DNA from: Nitrospira sp. CR1.3
Lineage (GTDB): Bacteria > Nitrospirota > Nitrospiria > Nitrospirales > Nitrospiraceae
Assembly (NCBI GenBank): GCA_014055525.1
Contig: WIAH01000006.1
Location: forward strand, 38,104 to 70,103
Reading direction: 5' to 3'
DNA: 32,000 nt
Below the pieces are notes generated by a model. It saw nothing but the letters and a program-made list of their open reading frames with translations, had not been told where the DNA came from and did not search any database. A program made the translations under genes and the position numbers. Of this stretch, positions 1-9,437 are shown piece by piece. Every line of letters starts with the position of its first letter. Positions within the stretch are counted from its first letter, which is position 1.

Positions 1-509
1 CCCACGAGTCCCCAGGAATTTACCGGATGATCCAATCCTCGCCGCCGTTCGCGGCAAAACATCGAATCCAGCTCATCCAAGGATAGGCCGGTAATGGGAT
101 TGTCCTGATGCACGAAGATGGCCAACGCGTCGATCGCGACCGGGACTTCGGTCGGCTCGTAGCCGTATTCCTTCACGAACTCCGCGATCTCCGAAGCATT
201 CATACGGCGCGACATGGCGGCAATCTCCGTCTGATGCTCCAACAAGGCGGCCAGCCCTGTTTCCGACCCTTCTCCCTTTACCGTCACCTTCATTGCGGGA
301 TGCCGCCGTTTTAAGTCGTCCGCCCAGGCCTGGATCAGGGGCCGCATCGTATCGGACCCGGCAATCTGCAGCTGTCCATTGATCTGAACCAGCGGTTGAT
401 AGGCGGGAATCTTCCCGTCGAGCTCCGGCTTGAGCTGTCCCGATGCGTTCGACTGAGCGATCAGCACGAAGATGCAGATCAGTAGTCCTCGAACCACGAC
501 GTTCCTCAT
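1..509 (-). CDS. PstS-like phosphate ABC transporter substrate-binding protein (partial, C-terminus beyond left edge)
   Basis: Reverse-strand reading gives a signal-peptide-like start (MRNVVVRGLLICIFVLIAQSNASG) followed by VQINGQLQIAGSDTMRPLIQAWADDLKRRHPAMKVTVKGEGSETGLAALLEHQTEIAAMSRRM, a PstS-like PBP domain. No stop before position 1. Confidence 0.85.
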   Translation of the reverse strand, partial: MRNVVVRGLLICIFVLIAQSNASGQLKPELDGKIPAYQPLVQINGQLQIAGSDTMRPLIQAWADDLKRRHPAMKVTVKGEGSETGLAALLEHQTEIAAMSRRMNASEIAEFVKEYGYEPTEVPVAIDALAIFVHQDNPITGLSLDELDSMFCRERRRGLDHPVNSWGLV

Positions 510-673
510 AGGGGTTTAGTCCGGGCTTCCTGTCATTCGACGAACGTGCATACTGGCAGACCGGCTCGTGCTCCCGTAGCCTAGGCAGGCGAGATTGCCG
601 AGTGGTCAATGGTCTGTTAATTCGACGTTAACTCTGCTTGGTGATTTCAGCGAAACCCTTTCTTGCCCGGTTG

Positions 674-1438
674 TCACAGTCGATCGAGTGCCTCAAGCAA
701 CCAGTTCATATCGCCGGCGTACCGGCGAGCCTTTTTGCGCGCTCGCCGCCATGCCTTCACAATGGTCGGCCGCGACTGCAGCTCGAGCTGTTTCGCGAGT
801 TTCCGAAACGACGCCAGTTCCTCATGCGCGCCCAGGCAACGCTGGGCTTTCTTCAGGCCGACGATCAAGTTCTTCTGCGACTCTCCGTGAGACGCGGTCC
901 ACTCCAGCTGATAGCGCAGTTGTTTGAGTTCGAGGCGGAGGCAGTGCAGCCGCTTCCGTTTCGGCTTTCGGTCCAGCAGGGCGAGAAGGCCGGTCAATTT
1001 GGATCGGTGCGCGCTCCATGTTCGCCCCGGCTCGTCGGCGCCGAGAGGCCTGGTCCAGCTCTTCACGCCATCGAGGGTCTGTTGGATCATAGTGAAGACG
1101 CGCGCAATCATCAAGCGTCTTGCGGTCTCCCGACCCAACCGGCGCACGGCCAGAATGTCCGAGGGAGAGGCATCGTGTCGTATCAGCCATTGCTCAAGCG
1201 TATGCATGGACCGCAGGTGGCTGAGCGACGACACGTCTTCATCCAGCTTGGCGGCTGAATCATGGTCGCCCACCAGATCGAGCCAGGCCTCAAGCCGACG
1301 GAGGTTCGTCCTGAGTTGATGAAGGCCCCGGGCCCCGATCGTTCGCGATTTCGACAGGGTAGTCAAGAGCCGGGCTACCCTTCGCCTTCGGGCGGCAATG
1401 GCGCGGCTCCACGCGTCCGTCTGTCCTGTTGAGACCAT
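674..1438 (-). CDS. CHAD domain-containing protein
   Basis: 254 aa, Arg/Lys/His-rich helical protein; conserved CHAD pattern (LHQLRTNLRRLEAWLDL..., LHCLRLELKQLRYQLE, KKAQRCLGAHEELASF). Confidence 0.85.
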   Translation of the reverse strand: MVSTGQTDAWSRAIAARRRRVARLLTTLSKSRTIGARGLHQLRTNLRRLEAWLDLVGDHDSAAKLDEDVSSLSHLRSMHTLEQWLIRHDASPSDILAVRRLGRETARRLMIARVFTMIQQTLDGVKSWTRPLGADEPGRTWSAHRSKLTGLLALLDRKPKRKRLHCLRLELKQLRYQLEWTASHGESQKNLIVGLKKAQRCLGAHEELASFRKLAKQLELQSRPTIVKAWRRARKKARRYAGDMNWLLEALDRL

Positions 1439-1640
1439 CTCCGGGAACCTTTCCGGGGCGCAGCCTACGGACGCAATATTTCATCCGTATTAAGAATATA
1501 TTAACGATCGATTACATTTATACAGCTGTCTCCGGATTTCCATTAGCGCGTTTCGACCGATAGAATGTTACGTACCTTTAACATGGTCTTAATCACAGCT
1601 TTGTAGCAAGAATGTACAGTACCGCCGCGTTCAAAATGGA

Positions 1641-2354
1641 TTGCCCTGCATGACCACCTTCATGGCGACTTCCAAGGACACGATTCTGGTCATTACCAAC
1701 GATGCAGGCGCTCGTCTTTCGCTGGGAGTGAGCCTGAAGGAGGCCGGCTACGAAGTGCAGTTCGCCGCCAACGAGCAGAGTGCGCTGGATTTCCTGCAAC
1801 ATGGAACGCCCGCTCTCATCATGGCCGATCGACAGGCGTGCGACTTCGACCGGTTCCGAGTCCAGAAGGGGTTGAGGACGACGCCGATGATTGCCTTACA
1901 GGAAGCGAATGTTCCCTGTGGAGAGGACGAGTGTCTCGACGAACTCGAGCGCGGCGCGGATTTCGTCCTCTGCAATCAGAGTTCGAGGGAACTGGTTGCT
2001 CGCGTGAGAGCTATTCTGCGCCGCAAGGAGTCGGATCGAAAACCTGCCGTCTACCGTCTGGCCGGTGGACTGCAAATGGATCTCGATCGTCACGAGGTCA
2101 AAGTCAGCGGCAGGCCGGTGGAATTGACGCCCAAAGAATTTCAAATTCTGCGCCATTTCCTGGAGGCGCCCAGCCGGGTGTTTTCTCGACAGGAAATGCT
2201 GAACTGCGTCTGGGGAGAGGGCTACGCGCTGGAAGAACATGCGCTCGACGTCCACATCCATTCACTCCGGCAAAAGATCGAAGAAGACCCCGCAAAACCC
2301 AAATTGATTGTGACGGTGCGGGGAGTCGGGTACAAGCTGCGGGCCGGCACCTGA
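1641..2354 (+). CDS. OmpR/PhoB-family winged-helix response regulator with atypical receiver domain
   Basis: C-terminal trans_reg_C domain (VELTPKEFQILRHFLEAPSRVFSRQEMLNCVWGEGYALEEHALDVHIHSLRQKIEEDP...IVTVRGVGYKL). N-terminal receiver-like fold keeps the phospho-acceptor Asp position (PALIMAD) but lacks the usual T/S and K. Confidence 0.88.
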   Translation: MPCMTTFMATSKDTILVITNDAGARLSLGVSLKEAGYEVQFAANEQSALDFLQHGTPALIMADRQACDFDRFRVQKGLRTTPMIALQEANVPCGEDECLDELERGADFVLCNQSSRELVARVRAILRRKESDRKPAVYRLAGGLQMDLDRHEVKVSGRPVELTPKEFQILRHFLEAPSRVFSRQEMLNCVWGEGYALEEHALDVHIHSLRQKIEEDPAKPKLIVTVRGVGYKLRAGT

Positions 2355-2493
2355 TTCATCTCTCCGTCGCTTCCACCGGACACAAGCCGCCGTTCCGGCG
2401 CCTCGTTCCTGCTCCCTTCGAATCTGAATGTGCGGGGATGTGAAACGAATGGGGCGGTCCGGCCGCGCGCCGGACCGCTCGGATAGAAACGGC

Positions 2494-2877
2494 CTAAAAT
2501 TCGTCGACGGAGACCGGTTGCAGAAAATCCCGCACCGACACGACCCCGACGATTGCGCCGGCTTTGGTGACTCCCAAATGGCGCGTCCGATGTTTGTTCA
2601 TCATGTCGGCCGCTTCCGTGATGGGACGGCGCGCTTCGATGCCGATCACCGGGCTGCTCATGATTTCATCGACGGGGATAAAGTACGCGACGCGCTCGGC
2701 GCCCACGAACTTTTTCACAATATCCGACTCCGTCACGATGCCGGCGATCCGGCCTTTCTGAGACACCAGCACGCTGCCGACGTTGCACGCTTTCATCAGC
2801 TTCGCCGCCTCGACGACCGAGGTTCCGGTATCGACGGTCACAAGATCCTGCTTCATCAACTGTCCGACAGTCACCAT
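2494..2877 (-). CDS. CBS domain-pair protein
   Basis: 127 aa with two CBS motifs (TSVVEAAKLMKACNVGSVLVSQKGRIAGIVTESDIVKK; RPITEAADMMNKHRTRHLGVTKAGAIVGVVSVRDFL). Confidence 0.9.
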   Translation of the reverse strand: MVTVGQLMKQDLVTVDTGTSVVEAAKLMKACNVGSVLVSQKGRIAGIVTESDIVKKFVGAERVAYFIPVDEIMSSPVIGIEARRPITEAADMMNKHRTRHLGVTKAGAIVGVVSVRDFLQPVSVDEF

Positions 2878-2941
2878 CGTGTTGTTCCTCCTTGTTGGTT
2901 GTCTCCACTTGGAGACAAGGTACAGCCCAGCGGTTGCCGGG

Positions 2942-2961
2942 CAATTACCGACTCGTTACCG
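2942..2961. promoter_or_regulatory. Candidate 11-bp-phased direct repeat between CBS and Pit genes
   Basis: CAATTACCGACTCGTTACCG (ATTACCG-ACTC-GTTACCG), between divergent genes starting at 2877 (-) and 3056 (+). Confidence 0.35.
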
Positions 2962-3055
2962 GCATGTAAAACCTGCAGGTACCTGCTTCGAAGCCGGATT
3001 GGACGATAGGGGTTTTCCTAGTGAAGTACACGGTGGATGAACTGGTGCTCTATCC

Positions 3056-4663
3056 ATGATGCCTCCATCCACCGAGTCCCCGGAACAACATCCCCTTCAA
3101 GAGGGTCAGAATCGCACCACCACTCGGGTGGGCTTGCTGCTGATCGTCCTTCTTTTGATCCTCGGCGGAAGCTATGTCGCCGGCTCGCTTTCGACGGATT
3201 TGTCTTCTGTCCGAGCGTCCTCTGCCTGGCCCTTCATCTTGCTCGGGATCGCCCTGCTGATTGCGCTGGGATTCGAATTCGTCAACGGCTTTCACGATAC
3301 GGCAAACGCCGTTGCGACCGTCATCTACACGCATTCCATGCCGCCGTACTTTGCCGTCGCCTGGTCCGGTCTGTGGAATTTTGCCGGGGTCATGGTGGCG
3401 TCCGGTGCGGTGGCCTTCGGCATTGTCTCGCTCTTGCCGGTGGAGCTCATTTTACAAGTGAGTTCGGGCGCGGGTTTCGCCATGGTCTTCTCGCTGCTGA
3501 TCGCCGCGATCCTGTGGAATCTCGGCACCTGGTTTTTCGGACTGCCGGCCTCCAGCTCGCACTCTCTGATCGGTTCGATCATCGGGGTCGGATTTGCGAA
3601 CCAATTACTCGCCTCCAAGACCGCGGACACCAGCGGCGTGGATTGGTCGCAAGCAGCCAGCGTCGGCAAGTCGCTCGTTCTGTCACCGATGATCGGATTC
3701 TCGCTCGCGGCCTTTCTCTTGCTGCTGCTCATGCGCGCAATCCCCATCGAGCAGCTGTACCGCCCGCCCAAACGTAAGGCCCCTCCTCCCTGGTGGATTC
3801 GCAGCGTGCTGATTCTCACCTGCACCGGGGTGAGTTTCGCGCATGGGTCCAACGACGGGCAAAAGGGCATGGGCTTGATCATGCTAATCCTGATCGGTAC
3901 CGTGCCGACGGTTTACGCGCTCAACCGTGCCGTCGATCCCTCGTATATGCCGACATTTGTGACTGGTTCTACCCAGGCTGAAACGGTATTGGGGCGCTAC
4001 ACATCGGCGACGATACCTTCAAGCGCCGCTCGCGCAGAGATCGGGAGCTATCTCCGCACGCGGACGCTCCGGCCGGATACCGTTGCCGCCGTGCATGCAT
4101 TGAGCGCCGACATTCGGACCGGCATCCTGTCCTACGGCTCCGTGGCGCAAATTCCCATGGACATGACGTCAAATGTGCGAAACGACATGTATCTGCTCAG
4201 TGAATCCCTGCGCATGATGGACAAGCAGCATGATCCCGCCTTTTCCGGTGCGGATCGGGAGGTACTGTCGCAGTATCGAGCGCTTCTGGATCGGGCCACC
4301 AAATACATTCCCGGCTGGGTCAAGACCGCCGTCGCCGTGGCGCTGGGTCTCGGCACCATGATCGGATGGAGGCGTATTGTGATCACGGTCGGCGAGAAAA
4401 TCGGGAAAACGCATTTGTCGTATGGCCAGGGCGCCTGCGCGGAGCTCGTGGCCATGGGCACGATCGGCGCGGCCGATATCTTCGGCTTGCCCGTCTCCAC
4501 CACTCACGTCTTGTCGTCAGGCGTCGCCGGCACGATGGCGGCCAATCGTTCCGGATTACAGTGGGCGACGGTGCGCAACCTTACCATGGCCTGGGTCTTG
4601 ACGCTTCCGGCTTCAATCGTTTTATCAGGCACGTTGTATTGGCTGCTTCGACTGGTGATATAG
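3056..4663 (+). CDS. pit: Inorganic phosphate transporter, Pit/PHO4 family
   Basis: 535 aa; duplicated PHO4 signatures GFEFVNGFHDTANAVATVIYTHSMPP and GVSFAHGSNDGQKGMGLIMLIL, plus C-terminal GLPVSTTHVLSSGVAGTMAA. Confidence 0.93.
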   Translation: MMPPSTESPEQHPLQEGQNRTTTRVGLLLIVLLLILGGSYVAGSLSTDLSSVRASSAWPFILLGIALLIALGFEFVNGFHDTANAVATVIYTHSMPPYFAVAWSGLWNFAGVMVASGAVAFGIVSLLPVELILQVSSGAGFAMVFSLLIAAILWNLGTWFFGLPASSSHSLIGSIIGVGFANQLLASKTADTSGVDWSQAASVGKSLVLSPMIGFSLAAFLLLLLMRAIPIEQLYRPPKRKAPPPWWIRSVLILTCTGVSFAHGSNDGQKGMGLIMLILIGTVPTVYALNRAVDPSYMPTFVTGSTQAETVLGRYTSATIPSSAARAEIGSYLRTRTLRPDTVAAVHALSADIRTGILSYGSVAQIPMDMTSNVRNDMYLLSESLRMMDKQHDPAFSGADREVLSQYRALLDRATKYIPGWVKTAVAVALGLGTMIGWRRIVITVGEKIGKTHLSYGQGACAELVAMGTIGAADIFGLPVSTTHVLSSGVAGTMAANRSGLQWATVRNLTMAWVLTLPASIVLSGTLYWLLRLVI

Positions 4664-4980
4664 CGATTCTGAAAAGGCGATGCGCTCAACCGGAAAGAGT
4701 TGGCGATGAAGCACTCTCTTGATGCCGGATCAAACTATAGGCGTTACTCTCTGGACCGAATGGCATCCGCAACCCCGGCACCGCTGATGGAGTGGGGCAG
4801 TCCGCCATCCTTCCGGCAAGCCAAGCTGGCCCCATCCGGTAATATCCGTTGCCGACCCGCGGCGGCGCGTCTCTGAGAAAATGGCGTCAACCGACCTCCT
4901 CGCTTGAGTTCGAGAAACGCCGTTACAGAATCCTGAGCTGACCGCAATTCTGCCGTAACGCCCGTCAACGAAAAGATTTC

Positions 4981-6801
4981 ATGATGATGAAGAAGCGACG
5001 TGAACAGCTCCTGCGCCTTTTCCTCTGCCTGATATGCGGCATTGCCTCTGTTCCGTCGGCACGCGCCGAACTCTCGGCGAGTCAGGTGATGATCGTGGCC
5101 AACGCCAACAGTCCCGACAGCCTCCGGGTGGCACGGCACTATGCCGGGCGCCGCGGGATTCCATTGCAGCAGATTGCGAACCTGGATCTGCCGTTCGAAG
5201 AGTCCATGAGCCGCAAGGACTACGATCGGCAACTGGTCGTGCCGCTTCGCAGGATTCTCCACAAAGCCGGACTTCATCGATCGATCCGGGTCCTGGTGAC
5301 CGTATACGGCGTGCCGCTTCGCGTCTCAGCGCAGAGCCTGACGGACGAAGAACGACGCTGGCGGCTCGATGCAAAAAACCGTTTGGCTGCTGCGCGATCG
5401 ACGCTGATGGAAGTGGAGCGAAAGGCCCGTGACATACCGGGCGCGGCGGACGCTTCCGCGATACCGAACGAAAAGGGCGGTCAGGGCCTCGCAGAATTCG
5501 ACCGCAACCTCGCCTTTCTCGCGCGAATCGACCGCGTGACAGAAGCGGCGTTGAAGCGCGCGAATGCATTCGATCCGCCGACACGTCAGCGGTGGTATGC
5601 GCGTGTGGAGGCGATGATTCGGCAGTACCAAGGCATCGCGGGAGTGACGCAGCTGCGTCAGGGATTGCCCGTAAACACTGTGACGTCTGCGGCCGGGGAG
5701 GAACGATACAGGCTGGCCCAACAGGCGGAAGGATTGAAGCTGTTGCTCGGCTTCTTGGAACTCCCCGTCACTCGCGAGCGGGACACGCTCTACCGTCGGG
5801 TCGAGGATGTGTACGGAGCCTACGGCCTGTTCGCGCTGGCCGCTCTCGAACTGAAGCGCCTGTCCACCGAAGAGGCCGACGGGAGCCTGGACAGCGAGTT
5901 AAGCCTGCTGTGGCGGGATGGGGAGGACTACGGGCTTTCCTGGCGACAGGCGAATGCGCTCCATCATGGCTTTAAGAGGATTCAAGGAGGCTCGCACAAG
6001 GAGATTCCTCTCTTGATGGTGAGCCGTCTTGACGCTCCGACTGTTGACCACGCGGTACAGATGGTAGACCGCGCGATCGAAGCAGAACGACAGGGGCTTG
6101 CCGGAACCATCTATCTCGATGCGCGCGGCTTGCCCGTGAAGGACCAGGCGGATGCCTACGGCCGTTACGACCAAAGCCTGCGGGACTTGCACGGCTTCGT
6201 GACTCAACAGACGACCTATCGATCGGTTCTCGAAAACACCGAAGCCAGATTTCAGCGGCCTGGGGATGCCCCTGATGTGGCGCTCTATGCCGGTTGGTAC
6301 CGGCTTCGGCAGTACGAGGATGCGTTTACCTTCAGGCCAGGCGCCATCGGCTACCATATGGCATCCGCCGAAGCCGTAAGCATCCACAACTCCATGGAGC
6401 GCGGTTGGTGCAAGAATGCGTTGGAGCGAGGAATCACCGCGACGCTCGGTTCCGTCGGAGAGCCGTACCTCGACTCTTTTCCGGAGCCGCTCGAGTTCAT
6501 CTCGCTCATGATGACCGGGCAATATTCTCTGGTAGAAGCCTATTATCTGACCAGTCGGTGGGTGAGCTGGCGCATGGTCCTGTTCGGTGATCCACTCTAC
6601 AACCCCTGGAAGGCGAAACCGGCGGCTCAGCGGTCCGCGCTCACAATGTTTACGCTCGCTCCGATAGCCCCGTCCGATCAATCGTTCGACGATCCCGTTC
6701 TGGCCAGAGAGGAATTCAAACGGCTTCGGGAACAATCTCGGACCAGGCTCGACATGATCCTGCGGAACCTGGCGGACTCGTCCGGCCTGCCGCCGGCCTG
6801 A
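4981..6801 (+). CDS. TIGR03790-like exported protein
   Basis: 606 aa; signal peptide, VMIVANANSPDSLRVARHYAGRRGIPLQQI near the N-terminus, C-terminal YYLTSRWVSWRMVLFGDPLYNPW. Confidence 0.75.
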   Translation: MMMKKRREQLLRLFLCLICGIASVPSARAELSASQVMIVANANSPDSLRVARHYAGRRGIPLQQIANLDLPFEESMSRKDYDRQLVVPLRRILHKAGLHRSIRVLVTVYGVPLRVSAQSLTDEERRWRLDAKNRLAAARSTLMEVERKARDIPGAADASAIPNEKGGQGLAEFDRNLAFLARIDRVTEAALKRANAFDPPTRQRWYARVEAMIRQYQGIAGVTQLRQGLPVNTVTSAAGEERYRLAQQAEGLKLLLGFLELPVTRERDTLYRRVEDVYGAYGLFALAALELKRLSTEEADGSLDSELSLLWRDGEDYGLSWRQANALHHGFKRIQGGSHKEIPLLMVSRLDAPTVDHAVQMVDRAIEAERQGLAGTIYLDARGLPVKDQADAYGRYDQSLRDLHGFVTQQTTYRSVLENTEARFQRPGDAPDVALYAGWYRLRQYEDAFTFRPGAIGYHMASAEAVSIHNSMERGWCKNALERGITATLGSVGEPYLDSFPEPLEFISLMMTGQYSLVEAYYLTSRWVSWRMVLFGDPLYNPWKAKPAAQRSALTMFTLAPIAPSDQSFDDPVLAREEFKRLREQSRTRLDMILRNLADSSGLPPA

Positions 6802-6912
6802 CGAGTTGGCGCCTCTTCCGTAGCGCGAGCTCTACGCCGCGCTGATTTTCGGTCGGCCACGCCTTCACAAAATGTTACAGAACCCTGACGAAGTCGCGAC
6901 GAGGCGGTCATC

Positions 6913-7740
6913 GTGGCCCCGGTACACTCATCCGCCATGCTCGGATCGCTGATCGGCATTTTCATTACGTCCGCCGGAATCGTGATCGGGGCGGATTCCG
7001 CGATCCCGGCTTTCATGGCGGCCGATTCTACGCGAGTCGAGAAGATCTGCCGGACCAGTCCTCGAACCGTCGCGGTCATTCAGGGATGGTACGGCGAACG
7101 CCTCTATCTGCATCGCCATTTCCACAGAACCTGCGGGGAATTGTCACAATCGAAAAAAACGATCTCGGTCGAACAGCAAGCGGATCGGTTGATCCAAAAA
7201 ATCGAGAAGGCCTACAGAGACCACATCGGTCCGCGGCCCCGCGAGATGGCGAACCTTCCTCTTCCCTCCACTCAGCATGTCGTCTATCTGGCGGTGGCCG
7301 GTTTTCAGGGAACCATCCCCTTGGCGGCGGTGCGCGAGCTGCGTTGGGAAAGGAACGCGCAGGGCCATTGGCAGATCATTTCACAGCATGCAAGGCATCT
7401 GAGTCTCGAACGTTGCGGCGCGAAGTTCATCGGAGAGACGACGATTGCCGTCATGCTGCTCGAGGGGTCCGATTACTTTGCGGGCGCAAAGGATCGTCCG
7501 GAGGTGACTGCCGGCCGGAAAGTCACTGAGCGATTCAGGCAGGATGATTGCGGCGCTTCGTCATTTTCCGTCCCGGAGGCGAAGGCCTTGTATAAGACCG
7601 CGGTGCGCATGACGATCGATCATGGCCAACGATTTCTTCTCGAAGGCGACGACGTCGGCGGGCGGCTCCACCTGGTGACAATTCCCTCGCACGGACCCAT
7701 CGAAGCGGAAGTGATCGATCCAGAGCAGTACTTGGAATAG
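6913..7740 (+). CDS. Hypothetical protein, possibly Ntn-hydrolase/proteasome-like fold
   Basis: 275 aa ORF; GIFITSAGIVIGADSA resembles N-terminal strands of proteasome-subunit-like proteins. Family call is tentative. Confidence 0.6.
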   Translation: MAPVHSSAMLGSLIGIFITSAGIVIGADSAIPAFMAADSTRVEKICRTSPRTVAVIQGWYGERLYLHRHFHRTCGELSQSKKTISVEQQADRLIQKIEKAYRDHIGPRPREMANLPLPSTQHVVYLAVAGFQGTIPLAAVRELRWERNAQGHWQIISQHARHLSLERCGAKFIGETTIAVMLLEGSDYFAGAKDRPEVTAGRKVTERFRQDDCGASSFSVPEAKALYKTAVRMTIDHGQRFLLEGDDVGGRLHLVTIPSHGPIEAEVIDPEQYLE

Positions 7741-7779
7741 GGCTGATGTATAGGTTCCGGACAAAGGAGGTGAGTCCAC

Positions 7780-7914
7780 ATGATCGCCGAAGTTCGCGGA
7801 GCATTCTTTCTCCTGGTCGCCTTTCTCTTCTTTCTCGTCATTATCGGCGTCCTGGCCCTGGGGACGGTCATGAAACCGGGCCGTTGGAGCGAGCGTCCGA
7901 GACCTGCAGGCTGA
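7780..7914 (+). CDS. Small single-pass membrane protein (44 aa)
   Basis: Not in the ORF track. ATG preceded by a strong SD (AAAGGAGGTGAGTCCACATG); translates to MIAEVRGAFFLLVAFLFFLVIIGVLALGTVMKPGRWSERPRPAG. Confidence 0.6.
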   Translation: MIAEVRGAFFLLVAFLFFLVIIGVLALGTVMKPGRWSERPRPAG

Positions 7915-7961
7915 GGCTGTTGCGACGGAGGCATGAAGATCATCGCGAAATGAGACTGTAT

Positions 7962-8705
7962 TCAGAACAGGTCGAACCGGAAGTCGTCGGAAGGAGGGCT
8001 CTCGCCCGCGGCGTTGTAAGCGACGACGCTGAACTTATACCTCTTCCCCACGAGAAGGTTGACGCTCCACTCCGTATTGAGCCCGACATCATGCACGTAC
8101 TGCGCCAAAGGCTCCAAAGTCGAAATGCGGACCCTGTACCCAGTCGCATCATTTGAAGTAGACGGGTCCCATGAGAGGGTCACTCTCCTGCGCGGAGGCG
8201 GCTGGCCTCCGGTCACTGAGTAAGGTTGAGGCGAGCGGGCAGGCGATGACGTCAGACTCGCGTCCCTTTCAGCCGGCAGGGCACTAGGATCTGGACCGAT
8301 CCGAGACGCGCCGGAATCTCCGGTCGATCGCTGCGCGCCCGCGTCGTACTGAACGGGAGAACGGGATCCCTCCGAAGGAGACGGTACTGCGCTCGAAGGA
8401 CTCGTCGGACTGACCGCATCACTTCCAGATACAGTCGGGGCAGCGGCTGCCTGACTAGGGCTCTCCGCAATCTCCTGCCGGTCATCCGGCTCATCTGATA
8501 GCGATGACGCGTCCGTGTCCTGAAACCCGGGGACTGCCGTGGCAGGGGCGGATCCGCCTGAGGCCGGCTCCTGCAAGTCTCCGCATCCGGACGTCACGAG
8601 CAGGAGCACAACGAGGGCGGCGCGTCGAACCGCCCGAATGGACTCTACAGAACAGGTCATGTGCACGGCCGATTCTGACGGCCCTGAAGGAACGGGCTCA
8701 CTCAT
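7962..8705 (-). CDS. Lipoprotein with low-complexity Pro/Ser/Ala linker and C-terminal fibronectin type III domain
   Basis: Lipobox-like LLVTSGC; C-terminus [24 protein letters not shown]...[22 protein letters not shown] is FN3-like. Confidence 0.78.
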   Translation of the reverse strand: MSEPVPSGPSESAVHMTCSVESIRAVRRAALVVLLLVTSGCGDLQEPASGGSAPATAVPGFQDTDASSLSDEPDDRQEIAESPSQAAAAPTVSGSDAVSPTSPSSAVPSPSEGSRSPVQYDAGAQRSTGDSGASRIGPDPSALPAERDASLTSSPARSPQPYSVTGGQPPPRRRVTLSWDPSTSNDATGYRVRISTLEPLAQYVHDVGLNTEWSVNLLVGKRYKFSVVAYNAAGESPPSDDFRFDLF

Positions 8706-8896
8706 GCCTCACGCCTACCGGCCGGCTGTTACAACTGTTTCGTTGTCGATGTAACGGGCATGTTAACTTCCTGGCGAAACGCAGCCTTCCGAATGGAAAG
8801 GGATCATGCCGGCCGCGTAATCCGTCCGTAACAGAGGTCTGGCAGACTGTGAAAGGCAGGAGTATGGTGGCTATGGCCGACGGAACGGAGGTATCC

Positions 8897-9367
8897 ATGA
8901 AAGACAAGATCATGGCAATGGAGGAGCAAAAGACCATCGCCATCGTGGCGCACGACAACAAGAAGCAGGATCTTCTGGCCTGGGCCAAGTTCAACCGGGA
9001 GGCGCTCGCCGGACATCAGCTCATCGCCACCGGAACCACGGGAAAGCTCCTGGAGTCGGAACTGGATCTTCCAGTCCTGCGGCTGCAGAGCGGACCGCTC
9101 GGAGGGGATCAACAAATCGGAGCCAAGATCAGCGAAGGCGAAATCGATGTGCTGATTTTCTTCTGGGATCCGTTAGAGCCGCACCCGCACGATCCGGACG
9201 TCAAAGCGCTGCTCCGCATCGCCGTCGTCTGGAACATCCCGATCGCCTGCAACCGCGCCTCGGCGGATTTCTTGATCTCGTCCTCGCTCATGCCGCTGGA
9301 ATACCAGCGACTGGTGCCGGATTATGAAGGGTACCGGGAACGATTGCTCCGCCGGGACGTGGCCTAA
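8897..9367 (+). CDS. mgsA: Methylglyoxal synthase
   Basis: [26 protein letters not shown]...[10 protein letters not shown]...[16 protein letters not shown]...[38 protein letters not shown]. Start chosen at 8897 because of SD (CGGAGGTATCCATG); the track ORF begins at 8504. Confidence 0.93.
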   Translation: MKDKIMAMEEQKTIAIVAHDNKKQDLLAWAKFNREALAGHQLIATGTTGKLLESELDLPVLRLQSGPLGGDQQIGAKISEGEIDVLIFFWDPLEPHPHDPDVKALLRIAVVWNIPIACNRASADFLISSSLMPLEYQRLVPDYEGYRERLLRRDVA

Positions 9368-9437
9368 GTCGAGTCCGGCGCGCGGTGGCGGCTCGGCTCG
9401 ATTCTTTTCGGTTTGGAGGGTCTGATGGATACGACTG

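Noticed and set aside
73-609. 178-aa plus-strand ORF
   Set aside because: Antisense to the PstS-like protein; Arg-rich low-complexity translation.
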